A stretch of DNA of 64,000 nucleotides from Nemertoderma westbladi (GCA_032718475.1 JAUCBJ010009097.1:1-64000); one strand, 5' to 3'; positions 23,399-33,665 are shown, counted from the first letter of the stretch. Numbers and translations are program-made. Notes: a model not told the origin generated them from the sequence alone.

Positions 23399-24456
23399 CG
23401 ACAAATAACGTATCCGATACCGACGAGATGGATCACCACACAGACTCGGAAGCCGACGAGGTACCAAACGTCAAGAACATGACCCGTCGGCTAGGGGCTC
23501 TCAAAGGCGGAGTAACCCGAGCGTATCAACGGATGGAGAAACAACTCAAGGGAGTCAAAACCCCCCTCAATGAGGTACAAACTCAGCTTCAAAGTATCCG
23601 AAATATCCTACAGCAGTACGAAAGAATGATACAGGCGTACCAAGAGCTCGTTCCCTCCACTGATCAGGAAAACTACCCCAAGTTGGAAGAACACGTTGTA
23701 CATCTAGATGGGTTCCGCAAACAACACCGGAGGACCCTCAGCCTTGTGAGAGGCTATGAAGAACAGTATTACAAGAGGGCTGAAAGAACAGACGCGGAAT
23801 CAGTACGATCCTCCAGCATCAGGACAGCAGTACATCGAAAGAGAACGGGGTCCGCTAGAAATCAGCACTCCAGCGCTAGGAGCGAGATATCCGGATCAGC
23901 GCGCAGTTCTCAAGGGGCGCCGCCACTCCGAGACCAACTACGAGAACGGAAGGCATTAGCCCTCAAAGCTCGGATGGAAGATGAGTATATTCAACTGCAA
24001 GCCGAGCAAGATGTATTAGCCGCCGAAACACAAAAGCGAGAGGCCGAACAAGCGGCCGAACGGCAGGCCGAACAACGCGAACAGGAGGCCGAACAACATA
24101 GACGAGAGGCCGAACGGCAGGCCGAACAACGCGAACAGGAGGCCGAACAACATAGACGAGAGGACGAACGGCAGGCCGAACAACGTAAACGAGAGGACGA
24201 ACGACAGGCCGAACAACGCAAACAGGAGGCCGAACAACGCGGACGAGAGGCCGAACGAGAGATCGAACAACGTAGACGAGAGGCCGAACAACATAGACGA
24301 GAGGACGAGCGAGTGTACCCAAGTACGAGCCTGAAAGGGACTCGGAACGGGACGCCACTCCCCGATCTAACAACCCATTTACATCCACACCACAAACTCG
24401 TAGCCGCGTCATTATTAAAACTCCACCTATTATTGATCCATCAAGTATGGGAGTGA
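23395..24456 (+). CDS. Element B ORF1: N-terminal part of BEL Gag with coiled-coil (EAEQHRREAERQAEQREQ) repeats
   Basis: BEL-like N-terminus (RRLGALKGGVTR), Ser/Arg linker and charged repeats. The -1 frame leading into ORF2 is open from 24297. Confidence 0.8.
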   Translation: MTTNNVSDTDEMDHHTDSEADEVPNVKNMTRRLGALKGGVTRAYQRMEKQLKGVKTPLNEVQTQLQSIRNILQQYERMIQAYQELVPSTDQENYPKLEEHVVHLDGFRKQHRRTLSLVRGYEEQYYKRAERTDAESVRSSSIRTAVHRKRTGSARNQHSSARSEISGSARSSQGAPPLRDQLRERKALALKARMEDEYIQLQAEQDVLAAETQKREAEQAAERQAEQREQEAEQHRREAERQAEQREQEAEQHRREDERQAEQRKREDERQAEQRKQEAEQRGREAEREIEQRRREAEQHRREDERVYPSTSLKGTRNGTPLPDLTTHLHPHHKLVAASLLKLHLLLIHQVWE

Positions 24457-27400
24457 GTGCCAATAACTATAACCCTCCGAGTCACTCTAGTTCAGACGAC
24501 GTCAGCATCATCCGGGCGTTGGAGAACCGCCTTGCCATGCCTAAGATGGAGATTCGCACCTTCGAAGGAGATCCCATCGATTACCTCAGATTCAAGAAAC
24601 GGTTCTTTGCGCAGATCGGATCAACGGACATAGCCGACGCACAGAAATTGGTATATTTATCGCAATACCTGGGTGACAAACCACGCAGAATTATTGCATG
24701 TTTTGAAGGAGGTTCTCATGAGGCATACTATGACGCATGGAAAACTCTAGATAAAAGATACGGAAATACCGGAACTATAATTAATAAAACTCTAGAGAGA
24801 CTGATACAGGACGCGGGATCACTAGGGGACCCACAGAACATACAGGAATTCTCCGACTCTATGAAGGATGCCTACTATACTCTGAAACCCTTAAATAAGG
24901 AGGACCAGGTGAACAACATTCTAAACCTCCGACAGATCGCCCGGAAGTTCCCCGGATGGCTACAAAGTAAGTGGGCTTATAAATGTGTAGATCTCCGGCG
25001 CAGACATCCAGATCGAGATCCTAGCTTCCTTGAAATGTCGGCATTCCTGGACGATATCTCCGAAGCCATGAATGACTCGATGTTTTCAAAACAGAGTCTC
25101 GCAAAGTTGGACGGAATAGAAAGCAACTCCAGGAGTAAGATAACCCCTCCGAAACCGAGATTCCGCCCCCCACCGGTGAGTACGATGGCCATCACCATGG
25201 CCGAGGATTCCGACGACGAAGACTACGAGGAACCGACATCCGCCGAGGAATGGGCATGTTATCTCGCGAGTTGGGCACCCGAAAGGGAAGGCATCACAAA
25301 TTCCCTGCTCTGTCTCTTCTGTGGGGAGAAACATAAAGTGGAATTCTGCAGAAAGTTTCAGTTCGCCGAACTCGTCCCACGCTTCGAGGCGATAATGAAA
25401 CACCGAGGATGCTTCCGGTGTCTTGGAACAGGTCACTATGTTCGGGAGTGCGACCAAAGATCATGCTGTGCTGTCTGTAACGACCAACGCCATCACACGC
25501 TCCTCCACATCCCCGCGAACTTCGATTTTACTACCCTCCCCTTTCGGATCGAAGCCAGGCAAAGAGGAGAAACAAACCACGTCTTCAAAGGAACCCGGAC
25601 AACCCAACGGAGAGAAACCAACCCGTTTAAAATCTTCACCGATACACCACAAGTAACAAATATTTCGGCCACGATTAATCTTATAAATCGCCGCTACATG
25701 GTCTTCGCAAAGGTAATCCCAGTAAGGATCCAAGGAGTCGGCAAATCTTTGACGACACTCGCGTTCCTCGATAACGGGTCCGACGGAACCATCATCAACC
25801 GGGATTTCCTTGAGCAACTCGGCCTAGAATATGAACCTTGTAAACGGCCCATACAAACCATCACCGATAACAGAGAGGTAGAGTCCGGGGAGGTGCAACT
25901 CCAGATGGAAGGAGTGATGAAGGGCTACGAAACGGCTAAGTTAACCATCAAGAATGCCTTGGTACACACAGACCTCCGGGTGCGGTTCCGACAATCAGCC
26001 GAGTACGCCCCCCTCATACAATTGGACCGAGACGATGTAGACCTGAGGTGTCCGCAGTTGGACGTAAACCGCATCACCCTACTGATCGGACTTGATACAC
26101 CGGAACTACACATCCCCACCGGAGATATCGCCCGATCTATAAACCAGGATGACGGATTTTATGCTGAACGAACAATAATGGGATGGACACTCTGCGGCAT
26201 TAAGGAGGAAACTACAGACACCTATACCTACCTTCCCAAATGCCAGATTAAAGAGAATGCAACCTCCGTGGGTTATTGCTCAGCTTCGGATTTTGACGAG
26301 GATTTGTTTCTGGAAACCGAGAAAACCCAACGAGAGATGACGAAATATTTTAATTTGGAAACCCAGGAGTTCGCAGAAAAGGACGAAAACCCATCCGAAG
26401 AGGACCAATATTGTATGGACGTTCTCGACCAGGCCACGTTTAAAGACGGACACTGGTGTTCACCTATGTTATGGAAGGACCCAAACAAACCAATGGCAAA
26501 CAACGCCAGCATGGCACTTAGGCGACTTAAAGGGATTCTACGCCGGCTGAATGACCAACCCGAGATAAAGGAGAAATATAATACCGTAATCCAAGGATAT
26601 CTCGATGATAGATTAGCAGAAATGGTACCACGGAATGAACTGCAAGGTGGTAAAAGAACATATTACCTCCCAACCCACTATGTAGTAGAAGCCCGCAAAG
26701 GTGGGAAAATCCGAGTGGTAAATGATGCTGCCGCTATGTACCAGGGTGAATCCCTAAACAGTCAACTTTACACGGGACCCAACATATATAGCACACTCAT
26801 TGGCGTATTGATCAGGTTCAGGGAAAACCGGGTAGCATTCACCTGTGACATCAAGGCCATGTTTCATCAAGTTCGTACGTTACCAAGAGACTCGGACTGT
26901 CTACGTATCCTATGGACGGATAAAACGCTTACTCAACAGGAGATTAGCCAACTCACGATAAAGGACGTAGACATAATGCGTATGGTCGTCAGGATCTTCG
27001 GCGCTAAGGACTCGCCGGTAGCATGCAGTGACATGCTAAAGAGGACAGCAACTATGTGCGAAAACGAGTTCCCTCCAACCGTCATAGAAACAATTCGACG
27101 ATGCTTCTACGTGGACGACGGATGCGCTGGCGCGGATAATGTGGATGAGGCATATCGGCTAGCAATGGGGATGGTAGAATGTCTAAAGAAAGGAGGGTTT
27201 CCGCTCGTGAAGTTCAGATCCCACGACAAAACACTTATGGAAAAGTTTCCGGAGGACATCCGGCTGGAAAATAACAAAATGTATTCGGAGGATGTGGAAC
27301 ATCGTGTACTCGGGATTGAATGGGACATAGAATCTGATGAATTCATCTTCAAATATAAACCCCTACCCAAGCCTATGACAAAAAGGGGATGTTTGTCGAT

Positions 27401-29813
27401 AAAAAGCGCCATCTTCGACCCACTAAATTTCATATCTCCAGTAACCTTGGCCGGAATGAACCTGATTAAGGAAATGTGGATAGAAGGACTGGGATGGGAC
27501 GAAGAGCTCCCCCCATACCTCAGCGTCAAATGGAGAAAATGGACGGAGCAGCTCGAACACCTACATCTTATGCGGATACCTAGACCGTTCTTCCTCGATA
27601 AACTGCCCACCGATATCTTCCAGCTCCACACCTTTTCGGATGCTTCGAATACCGGAATCGGCGTAGTCACCTTCTTACGGAGACTAAGTAACGATGGAAA
27701 CGGCGATACAAGCTTCTTATTCTCCAAAGCAAAGACAGTATCCGGGGAATTCGTAGCAACGATTCCGAGACTCGAGCTACAAGCTGCAGTTTGGGCAGTA
27801 AGACAGAATCGCATGGTCATGCGGAACCTACGGATCCCCATAGAATCTCAACACTTCTGGGTAGATTCGAGTATAGTTCTCTATTATCTCCACTCTCCAT
27901 CACGGCGTCACACCACGTTTGTTGCAAACCGAGCCACGGAGATTAAACAGTGTACCGGCCGAGAACAGTGGCATCACGTGAACGGGAAGGAAAACCCAGC
28001 GGACTTATCAAGCCGAGGCGCCACCCCAAAACAACTCGGTAAAAGTAAACTCTGGCTTACAGGCCCGGAATTCCTACGGCAGCCACAATTAACATGGAGT
28101 ACCCGATTCGACCCCGAGCTCGATAGCGGAAAATACTCCGAGGATGATAAAGAGATCCGTAAAATCCATCGAAGCAACGCGGTGGAAATTTATAGTTGTC
28201 TGACTGAGCCTGCAAAGGACTCAGGCAGGCACTATAACGTCGCGACGATCACTCAACTAGCGGCGTCTTTACATCGGTTGATCGAGCGAACTTCATCCAT
28301 GAGACGGCTCGTCCATCACGTTATAACCCTTCGCAACTTCCTACGGTGGAAAAACAACAAACCGATAGTTCAACGGAATATACAAGAACTCATTATCGCG
28401 GAGAAGTGTATTGTTAGATATGTCCAGAAAGAAAGTTTCCCCGATGAATGGGAACAACTTAGTGCGGGCAAAACGTTGAAACCGGACAGCCCAGTCTACC
28501 AACTGAGACCAATGATGGGAGAGGACGGACTGATCCGACTGAATACCCGGATGGCAAACGCCCCGGTCGAATATGAGGTTAAATACCCGGCGCTTCTGCC
28601 CGGAACGTCGACACTAGCTAAGCTATTAATTCTACAATGTCACGAGGACAACCACCACGCAGGACAGAATTGGATTATAGCTAATATAAGACAAAGATAT
28701 TGGATCACCCACATCCAGCCATTGATCCGGAAAGTGTTGAAACGTTGCTTCACCTGCAGACGTTACCTAGCGCCACCAATCACCCAAAAGATGGCCGACT
28801 TACCAGCCACCCGTCTACAAGCGGATTCCCCACCATTCTACGTCACCGGAGTGGACTGTTTCGGACCATTCACGGTTATTGAACGACGATCCAACATCAA
28901 ATGCTGGGGAGCCATCTTCACCTGCCTAAGGTCTAGGGCAATTTACCTAGATATCGTGGTAAATCTGACACAACACGCATTCATCAACGCTCTGCGTCGG
29001 TTCGTGGCGAACAACGGGACATGCCGCCACATGTATTCCGATAATGGTACAAACTTTGTGGGAGGAGAAAGAGAACTTAGAGAGGCGATCGAGGGATGGT
29101 TTACCGATAACACCGCATCCCAAGTCTGGAAGGAACACCAGATACAGTGGCACTTCCAGACCCCCTTAGCACCCCATACGAGCGGGGTATGGGAGAAACT
29201 GATCGACCTAGTGAAACGATCCATGCGCGTCGCTCTAGGCGATACCCGGGTAACCCATGACACCCTCCGCACAACATTCTGCGAGATCACGGCTACCCTG
29301 AACAACCGACCCATTGTTCCTATCCGCGACGACCCCACAGACCTGGAGCCCCTCACTCCTAACCACTTACTGGGGAGACCCAAAACCCACGTCCTCCCGG
29401 AAACCATGTTCCCGGATCCCAACGAGATCGCGAAACATACAAACTGGAAAAAGGCCCAAGCGTTGGCAGCGCATTGGTGGAGAATTTGGGCCCAGGAGTA
29501 CCTCATAACCCTCCGGACCAGGAGGAAATGGAACAACACCTACCGGAACGTCGCAGTTGGCGACATGGTATTAGTTAAAGAAGATCTCAAAGACCGCGTT
29601 CACTGGCCTGTGGCGCGGGTCGTGACCATACACCCAAGCAAAGACGGACTTGCGAGGACTGTGACGATACGAACGAAATCGGGCCACTACCAACGCCCCA
29701 TCCAGAAGCTGTGCCTTCTTGAAGGCAATGACAGTGGTGATTCTACAAGAGGTGATAAGTTCCCTACTACGGATCCTGCTGCAGACATTGGTGACAATTA
29801 TAAATGCGTTTAA
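24447..29813 (+). CDS. BEL/Pao Gag-Pol polyprotein (capsid-like DUF1759, Zn knuckles, protease, RT, RNase H, integrase)
   Basis: MPKMEIRTFEGDP; three Cys/His knuckles; FLDNGSDGT; YVDD; FSDAS/TIPRLEL/NPAD; HHCC; GVDCFGP-SDNGTNF-GVWEKL; C-terminal WPVARV…RPIQKL. Uninterrupted 1788 aa. Confidence 0.97.
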   Translation: MGVSANNYNPPSHSSSDDVSIIRALENRLAMPKMEIRTFEGDPIDYLRFKKRFFAQIGSTDIADAQKLVYLSQYLGDKPRRIIACFEGGSHEAYYDAWKTLDKRYGNTGTIINKTLERLIQDAGSLGDPQNIQEFSDSMKDAYYTLKPLNKEDQVNNILNLRQIARKFPGWLQSKWAYKCVDLRRRHPDRDPSFLEMSAFLDDISEAMNDSMFSKQSLAKLDGIESNSRSKITPPKPRFRPPPVSTMAITMAEDSDDEDYEEPTSAEEWACYLASWAPEREGITNSLLCLFCGEKHKVEFCRKFQFAELVPRFEAIMKHRGCFRCLGTGHYVRECDQRSCCAVCNDQRHHTLLHIPANFDFTTLPFRIEARQRGETNHVFKGTRTTQRRETNPFKIFTDTPQVTNISATINLINRRYMVFAKVIPVRIQGVGKSLTTLAFLDNGSDGTIINRDFLEQLGLEYEPCKRPIQTITDNREVESGEVQLQMEGVMKGYETAKLTIKNALVHTDLRVRFRQSAEYAPLIQLDRDDVDLRCPQLDVNRITLLIGLDTPELHIPTGDIARSINQDDGFYAERTIMGWTLCGIKEETTDTYTYLPKCQIKENATSVGYCSASDFDEDLFLETEKTQREMTKYFNLETQEFAEKDENPSEEDQYCMDVLDQATFKDGHWCSPMLWKDPNKPMANNASMALRRLKGILRRLNDQPEIKEKYNTVIQGYLDDRLAEMVPRNELQGGKRTYYLPTHYVVEARKGGKIRVVNDAAAMYQGESLNSQLYTGPNIYSTLIGVLIRFRENRVAFTCDIKAMFHQVRTLPRDSDCLRILWTDKTLTQQEISQLTIKDVDIMRMVVRIFGAKDSPVACSDMLKRTATMCENEFPPTVIETIRRCFYVDDGCAGADNVDEAYRLAMGMVECLKKGGFPLVKFRSHDKTLMEKFPEDIRLENNKMYSEDVEHRVLGIEWDIESDEFIFKYKPLPKPMTKRGCLSIKSAIFDPLNFISPVTLAGMNLIKEMWIEGLGWDEELPPYLSVKWRKWTEQLEHLHLMRIPRPFFLDKLPTDIFQLHTFSDASNTGIGVVTFLRRLSNDGNGDTSFLFSKAKTVSGEFVATIPRLELQAAVWAVRQNRMVMRNLRIPIESQHFWVDSSIVLYYLHSPSRRHTTFVANRATEIKQCTGREQWHHVNGKENPADLSSRGATPKQLGKSKLWLTGPEFLRQPQLTWSTRFDPELDSGKYSEDDKEIRKIHRSNAVEIYSCLTEPAKDSGRHYNVATITQLAASLHRLIERTSSMRRLVHHVITLRNFLRWKNNKPIVQRNIQELIIAEKCIVRYVQKESFPDEWEQLSAGKTLKPDSPVYQLRPMMGEDGLIRLNTRMANAPVEYEVKYPALLPGTSTLAKLLILQCHEDNHHAGQNWIIANIRQRYWITHIQPLIRKVLKRCFTCRRYLAPPITQKMADLPATRLQADSPPFYVTGVDCFGPFTVIERRSNIKCWGAIFTCLRSRAIYLDIVVNLTQHAFINALRRFVANNGTCRHMYSDNGTNFVGGERELREAIEGWFTDNTASQVWKEHQIQWHFQTPLAPHTSGVWEKLIDLVKRSMRVALGDTRVTHDTLRTTFCEITATLNNRPIVPIRDDPTDLEPLTPNHLLGRPKTHVLPETMFPDPNEIAKHTNWKKAQALAAHWWRIWAQEYLITLRTRRKWNNTYRNVAVGDMVLVKEDLKDRVHWPVARVVTIHPSKDGLARTVTIRTKSGHYQRPIQKLCLLEGNDSGDSTRGDKFPTTDPAADIGDNYKCV

Positions 29814-30089
29814 ACCCTTCTCATCATGTTGACAAACTCTTTTAAAACTGTGATTTATCGACAACGAGTTATGGACCCCCCTTAAACCAACTGTAACCAC
29901 GCAATGGTATTTGTGTTTCCTCGTGTGTTATGTGGAGTCCAGCATCACCCTGCAGATGTTTCGACTGACGCAGGGTCGTTTATGTATTGTTTACCCTGAT
30001 TTTGGTCATCGGGACCAATGATATTGGATTATTGGAAATGGAAAAGATTTGAAGTGGAATTCATTGTATTCATTGCAGTATGTTATGTT

Positions 30090-30510
30090 GTCCGTTGCGT
30101 GCGCAGTTCGGGGCGTAGGCGGTGTAACAAGTCCAGCTGTAGATCCCAGATTGCCGCGCAACACCCCCTCTATCCCGTTATCCTGGTGGGTCCATGGTGC
30201 ATCCACATGACTTCGACGATAGAGGGTTTTATGTTTCTCAGTCGCGTTATTCTGGTGGGACCGTTACGTGGATTTTGGGGCGTAGGCGGTGTAACGAGTC
30301 CAGCTGTAGATCCCAGAATGTTGCGTAACCCCATCCCACATGACTTCGTCGACTGAGCTTTATGTTGTTGGGAGTGTTATTCTGGTGGGTCCCTGGTGCA
30401 TCCACGTGACTTCACTCCTAGCGTCTTCATTGTCCGTTACGTGCGCAGTTTGGGGCGTAGGCGGTGTAACGAGTCCAGCTGTAGATCCCAGATTGCCGCG
30501 TAACACCCCT
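30090..30510 (+). repeat. Three copies of a ~58-nt hairpin-forming repeat in the pol-ORF3 spacer
   Basis: ggggcgtaggcggtgtaacRagtccagctgtagatcccaga…cccc at 30110-30168, 30277-30332 and 30452-30509, interleaved with a gttatYctggtggg unit. Confidence 0.85.
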
Positions 30511-31064
30511 TCCACGACAAAGATTAACCAAAGAAAATGATTGAATATAGTTGGAAACGATGAAAAGGATCAGACAACTCTACTATAAACCTGAATGATG
30601 ACGCGTATACTGATGAAAATGTAATGATGCGCACCCTGGTGCTGCGCTTATAACCAATGATGATAGCCGGGGGGCTATAAACCCAATGATGATGTGGAAA
30701 TAAATAAATGTGAAATAAATGGTGGAAATAAATGTGTTGAAATATATGTGGAAATAAATGAAATGAGATGAAATAATAATGAAATGAAAAAAGACAAAAA
30801 AAAAGGTATAAGAAGGTCTAAAGAAAAGAATTAGAAAAAAGAAAAGGACAAAAAAGTCATAAAAAACTGGTTGGATATTAATGTATAGCTATAGTAACTG
30901 TAAATGCTGAATGTATTAGCAATAAGATGATAGATGTCTATATAGCAATATTATTTAATAAACTGAATTAAATAAAAAACTGAATTATTCTGCTATCGCT
31001 ATAGTTTCAGACTTTCTGGACTTATAATTAACTGATCTAATTTGTAACGGATATAATCGTAAAT

Positions 31065-33665
31065 ATGGACCCAAATCGCCAAATTATCGGCGAATTACGT
31101 AACACGATAGATCTACTGGAATATTCGCAACCCAGATCCCCTGACTTCGATACAAATTGGAGCACCCTGCTAAATGAGAACGTGCGAGTCATTAAATTCA
31201 CCGGGCGAGAGGGACCGGATTCTAAGAATCTACGAGCCCTCCGGTTAGCCGATGCTAGTACGAGACTGAAAAGAACTCGGAACGCAAAGGCAACCGGAGG
31301 GGACGGTTCGTCTTTTTGGGAAACGTTCCGGCAGAGCGTCTACAGATCCCGATGTTTGATCTACGACAACGAGGGAAACGCGACGCCCACCTCGAAAGCG
31401 ATTACGTTGGCGAGATGTCAAAGTTTCGTCGACGACAAGAGTACGTACCTCGCCCACTGGGGAAACCTGTCGGAGTGTACGGCGACGCTTCGAGAGGAAC
31501 GCGTATCGATTATCCAGAACCGAGACGACTACCAGGAAAAGTACGGGGCGAAAGAATACGGTCGATCCTTAGTCGTCGTCCTCGGAACCCTGGACGGTTT
31601 GGTACTGGTGTGCCGAATATTCCCGACACCCAGCCAGGAAGTGCAGGCAGCCGGAGCCATCTGGTTGCTGCCTCCGGAAATCCAAAAGATCCTCTTCGAC
31701 TTCGACATCATTAAAATCGGGTCGGATATCAAGGCGGACGTCCGGAACGACTACGCGAACGCTCCTGCAGGAAGAAACCGACGAGACGACCTCAACGCCC
31801 TTAGCCATTGCATCGACACTCAAACACTACTAGCCTGGTTACGATTCGCCGAGTTCATGCGAGGATTCCAAGAGGTGATACCGACGAAATCCGGGATCGG
31901 CTACCTCGCTGTGCTAAACGGCGGTATCGACTTCAAACCCCAGAAATTCCGGGACTATAATAAAATATACGGTGGATACCCGGGATTAGAAATAAAGAGC
32001 GAGCGAGAGGGTCGATGGAAGGACGTTGATCGGAAGTGGACGATACACCAAAGGTGGGAGAATCCCGATCGATGGAACTACGTTTACGTCGTTATGGAGT
32101 GCTACACCGTCGCTAAGTTTATCTGTAAAACTCTCGATAACCTTATTACGGCGGTCCCCCTTTCCTTCGTCGACTACGACTGGAACGTGGTCATACACCA
32201 CGCGTTCAAAGCGGTCGAGAACATCGCACCGGGAGAGACTAAAACGCTCGCCGTTATCGATTCCTGGGACGAGAGCGGACCTTACGACATCCCTACGATT
32301 ACCGAACTTCTCGGTGCGGAGGAGCCTCTGATCTCTTCGGAAGGAGAAGAGATATGGCTAAACGAGGGTGTTCTACTCTCCACCCCGAAGCGACAACTCG
32401 AGCCTGAGGCCGCGTATGGACCGGCCGCCAAGCGGGTTGCCTCGGCCGAACCGATGAAGAGAGCAGGCGTTTACACCCCACGCGGCTCCGGTAGCCCTGC
32501 GAGGGAGGTAGCCACTACAGCTGCATTGAGCGACTTCGGCGACATATGCCAACGGTTATCCCCGTATCCTTTCCCGGGTGGCGAAGATTGGTCGTCGGAG
32601 ATTCCGAGTACCAGCCACCAATGGACCCGCGCAGCGATACTGATCGAGGAGGGCCCCAGCGATGCGCCGACCCCCGACGATCTCCTCGGTATCCCTCCGT
32701 CTAAAACCCCGGCACCTCTTCGCCGACCAGCGGTGGCTACTACACCCGCCGTTCCTCAGGACCCTATGCGACTAACCCGTTGGTACGCCGAGCAAACTGA
32801 ATGGATCCACCGCCAGAAACGGTCATCCGAGTTGAGACCAGCGGGACACAAAGAAGGTTATCGGAGCGAGAACCTACTACGCAACAGCCTAGCATTCCGC
32901 GGGCTACCGACCACCGCGAATATTCCGAAGAGCGACCGACGACTCGAGTATCACGTCGGCGTCCCGATTCCGATATTTCCTGGTCGAGAGATGCAGTTGG
33001 AGGTATGCGGCGACTGTGGTTCGGAGCAGTGCCCACGCGGCAGAAGGAATCGGGTTACCGATTCATGCCTCCAGCTCCTCGGGATACTCTATTGCCCATA
33101 CTGCGCGACATCGGGCCACGACGTTTCCGTCTGTCCGATCCTTTATAACCTCTGCACCACGTGCGGTTTCCGTGGACATTCCTCTAGCCCCTGCTGCTAT
33201 ATCAAATGTCCAATCAAGGACGTAACCGCTATGGGAAATATGGTCATGTTTGAAACATACGCAAACAGCCACTTAATGACCAAGGTTCGGAGAAACGCTC
33301 GGAATATTGCGCAGGAGATGGCGTGCGGGTATTTCTCCTACCCGGAACGCCTCCACACGTCGGCCACGCTACCTTTCCATTACGTGGATCTGCTACTGAG
33401 CGCCGGATTATTCAGTCCATTTGAAGTCATTAGACGATTATACTCGTATAAAGAGGAGTTCGGTGACGGAGAATGGTTCCTAGAGGCACGCAAATCTGAG
33501 TTAGAAAGACGAACCGACATGATCCCTATGCCATCGAAAGGAAGAGCCACCAGGAGACAAGCCGAAGCGTTACTCACAATGGATGTTGACGCTCCTCTAC
33601 CAGCTATAGCGATCGATGAGAGTCGACGGGCGAAGAGACGAAAGGCGTATCAGAGAAAGAAATAG
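31065..33665 (+). CDS. Element B ORF3: putative DEDDy (RNase D/WRN-like) 3'-5' exonuclease plus C-terminal CCHC zinc knuckles
   Basis: LIYDNEG (ExoI), LPPEIQKILFDFDIIKIGSDIKAD (ExoII), IDTQTL, RWENPDRWNYVYVVME (ExoIII-like). CPYCATSGHDVSVC and CTTCGFRGHSSSPC fit C-X2-C-X4-H-X4-C. 866 aa open, inside the LTRs. Confidence 0.8.
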   Translation: MDPNRQIIGELRNTIDLLEYSQPRSPDFDTNWSTLLNENVRVIKFTGREGPDSKNLRALRLADASTRLKRTRNAKATGGDGSSFWETFRQSVYRSRCLIYDNEGNATPTSKAITLARCQSFVDDKSTYLAHWGNLSECTATLREERVSIIQNRDDYQEKYGAKEYGRSLVVVLGTLDGLVLVCRIFPTPSQEVQAAGAIWLLPPEIQKILFDFDIIKIGSDIKADVRNDYANAPAGRNRRDDLNALSHCIDTQTLLAWLRFAEFMRGFQEVIPTKSGIGYLAVLNGGIDFKPQKFRDYNKIYGGYPGLEIKSEREGRWKDVDRKWTIHQRWENPDRWNYVYVVMECYTVAKFICKTLDNLITAVPLSFVDYDWNVVIHHAFKAVENIAPGETKTLAVIDSWDESGPYDIPTITELLGAEEPLISSEGEEIWLNEGVLLSTPKRQLEPEAAYGPAAKRVASAEPMKRAGVYTPRGSGSPAREVATTAALSDFGDICQRLSPYPFPGGEDWSSEIPSTSHQWTRAAILIEEGPSDAPTPDDLLGIPPSKTPAPLRRPAVATTPAVPQDPMRLTRWYAEQTEWIHRQKRSSELRPAGHKEGYRSENLLRNSLAFRGLPTTANIPKSDRRLEYHVGVPIPIFPGREMQLEVCGDCGSEQCPRGRRNRVTDSCLQLLGILYCPYCATSGHDVSVCPILYNLCTTCGFRGHSSSPCCYIKCPIKDVTAMGNMVMFETYANSHLMTKVRRNARNIAQEMACGYFSYPERLHTSATLPFHYVDLLLSAGLFSPFEVIRRLYSYKEEFGDGEWFLEARKSELERRTDMIPMPSKGRATRRQAEALLTMDVDAPLPAIAIDESRRAKRRKAYQRKK

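Noticed and set aside
24322-24347. rRNA fragment (sarcin-ricin loop)
   Set aside because: Only the AGUACGAG…GGAAC motif matches and there is no flanking rRNA similarity; treated as a structural motif instead.
30110-30700. Hammerhead, twister or HDV ribozymes in the repeats
   Set aside because: CTGATGA at 30610 lacks a stem II plus GAAA arrangement, and I could not fit twister or HDV pseudoknots to any module by eye.
31065-33665. ORF3 as an env gene or an independent host gene
   Set aside because: No signal peptide or TM helix is evident; it lies between pol and the PPT inside matched LTRs and is intronless.
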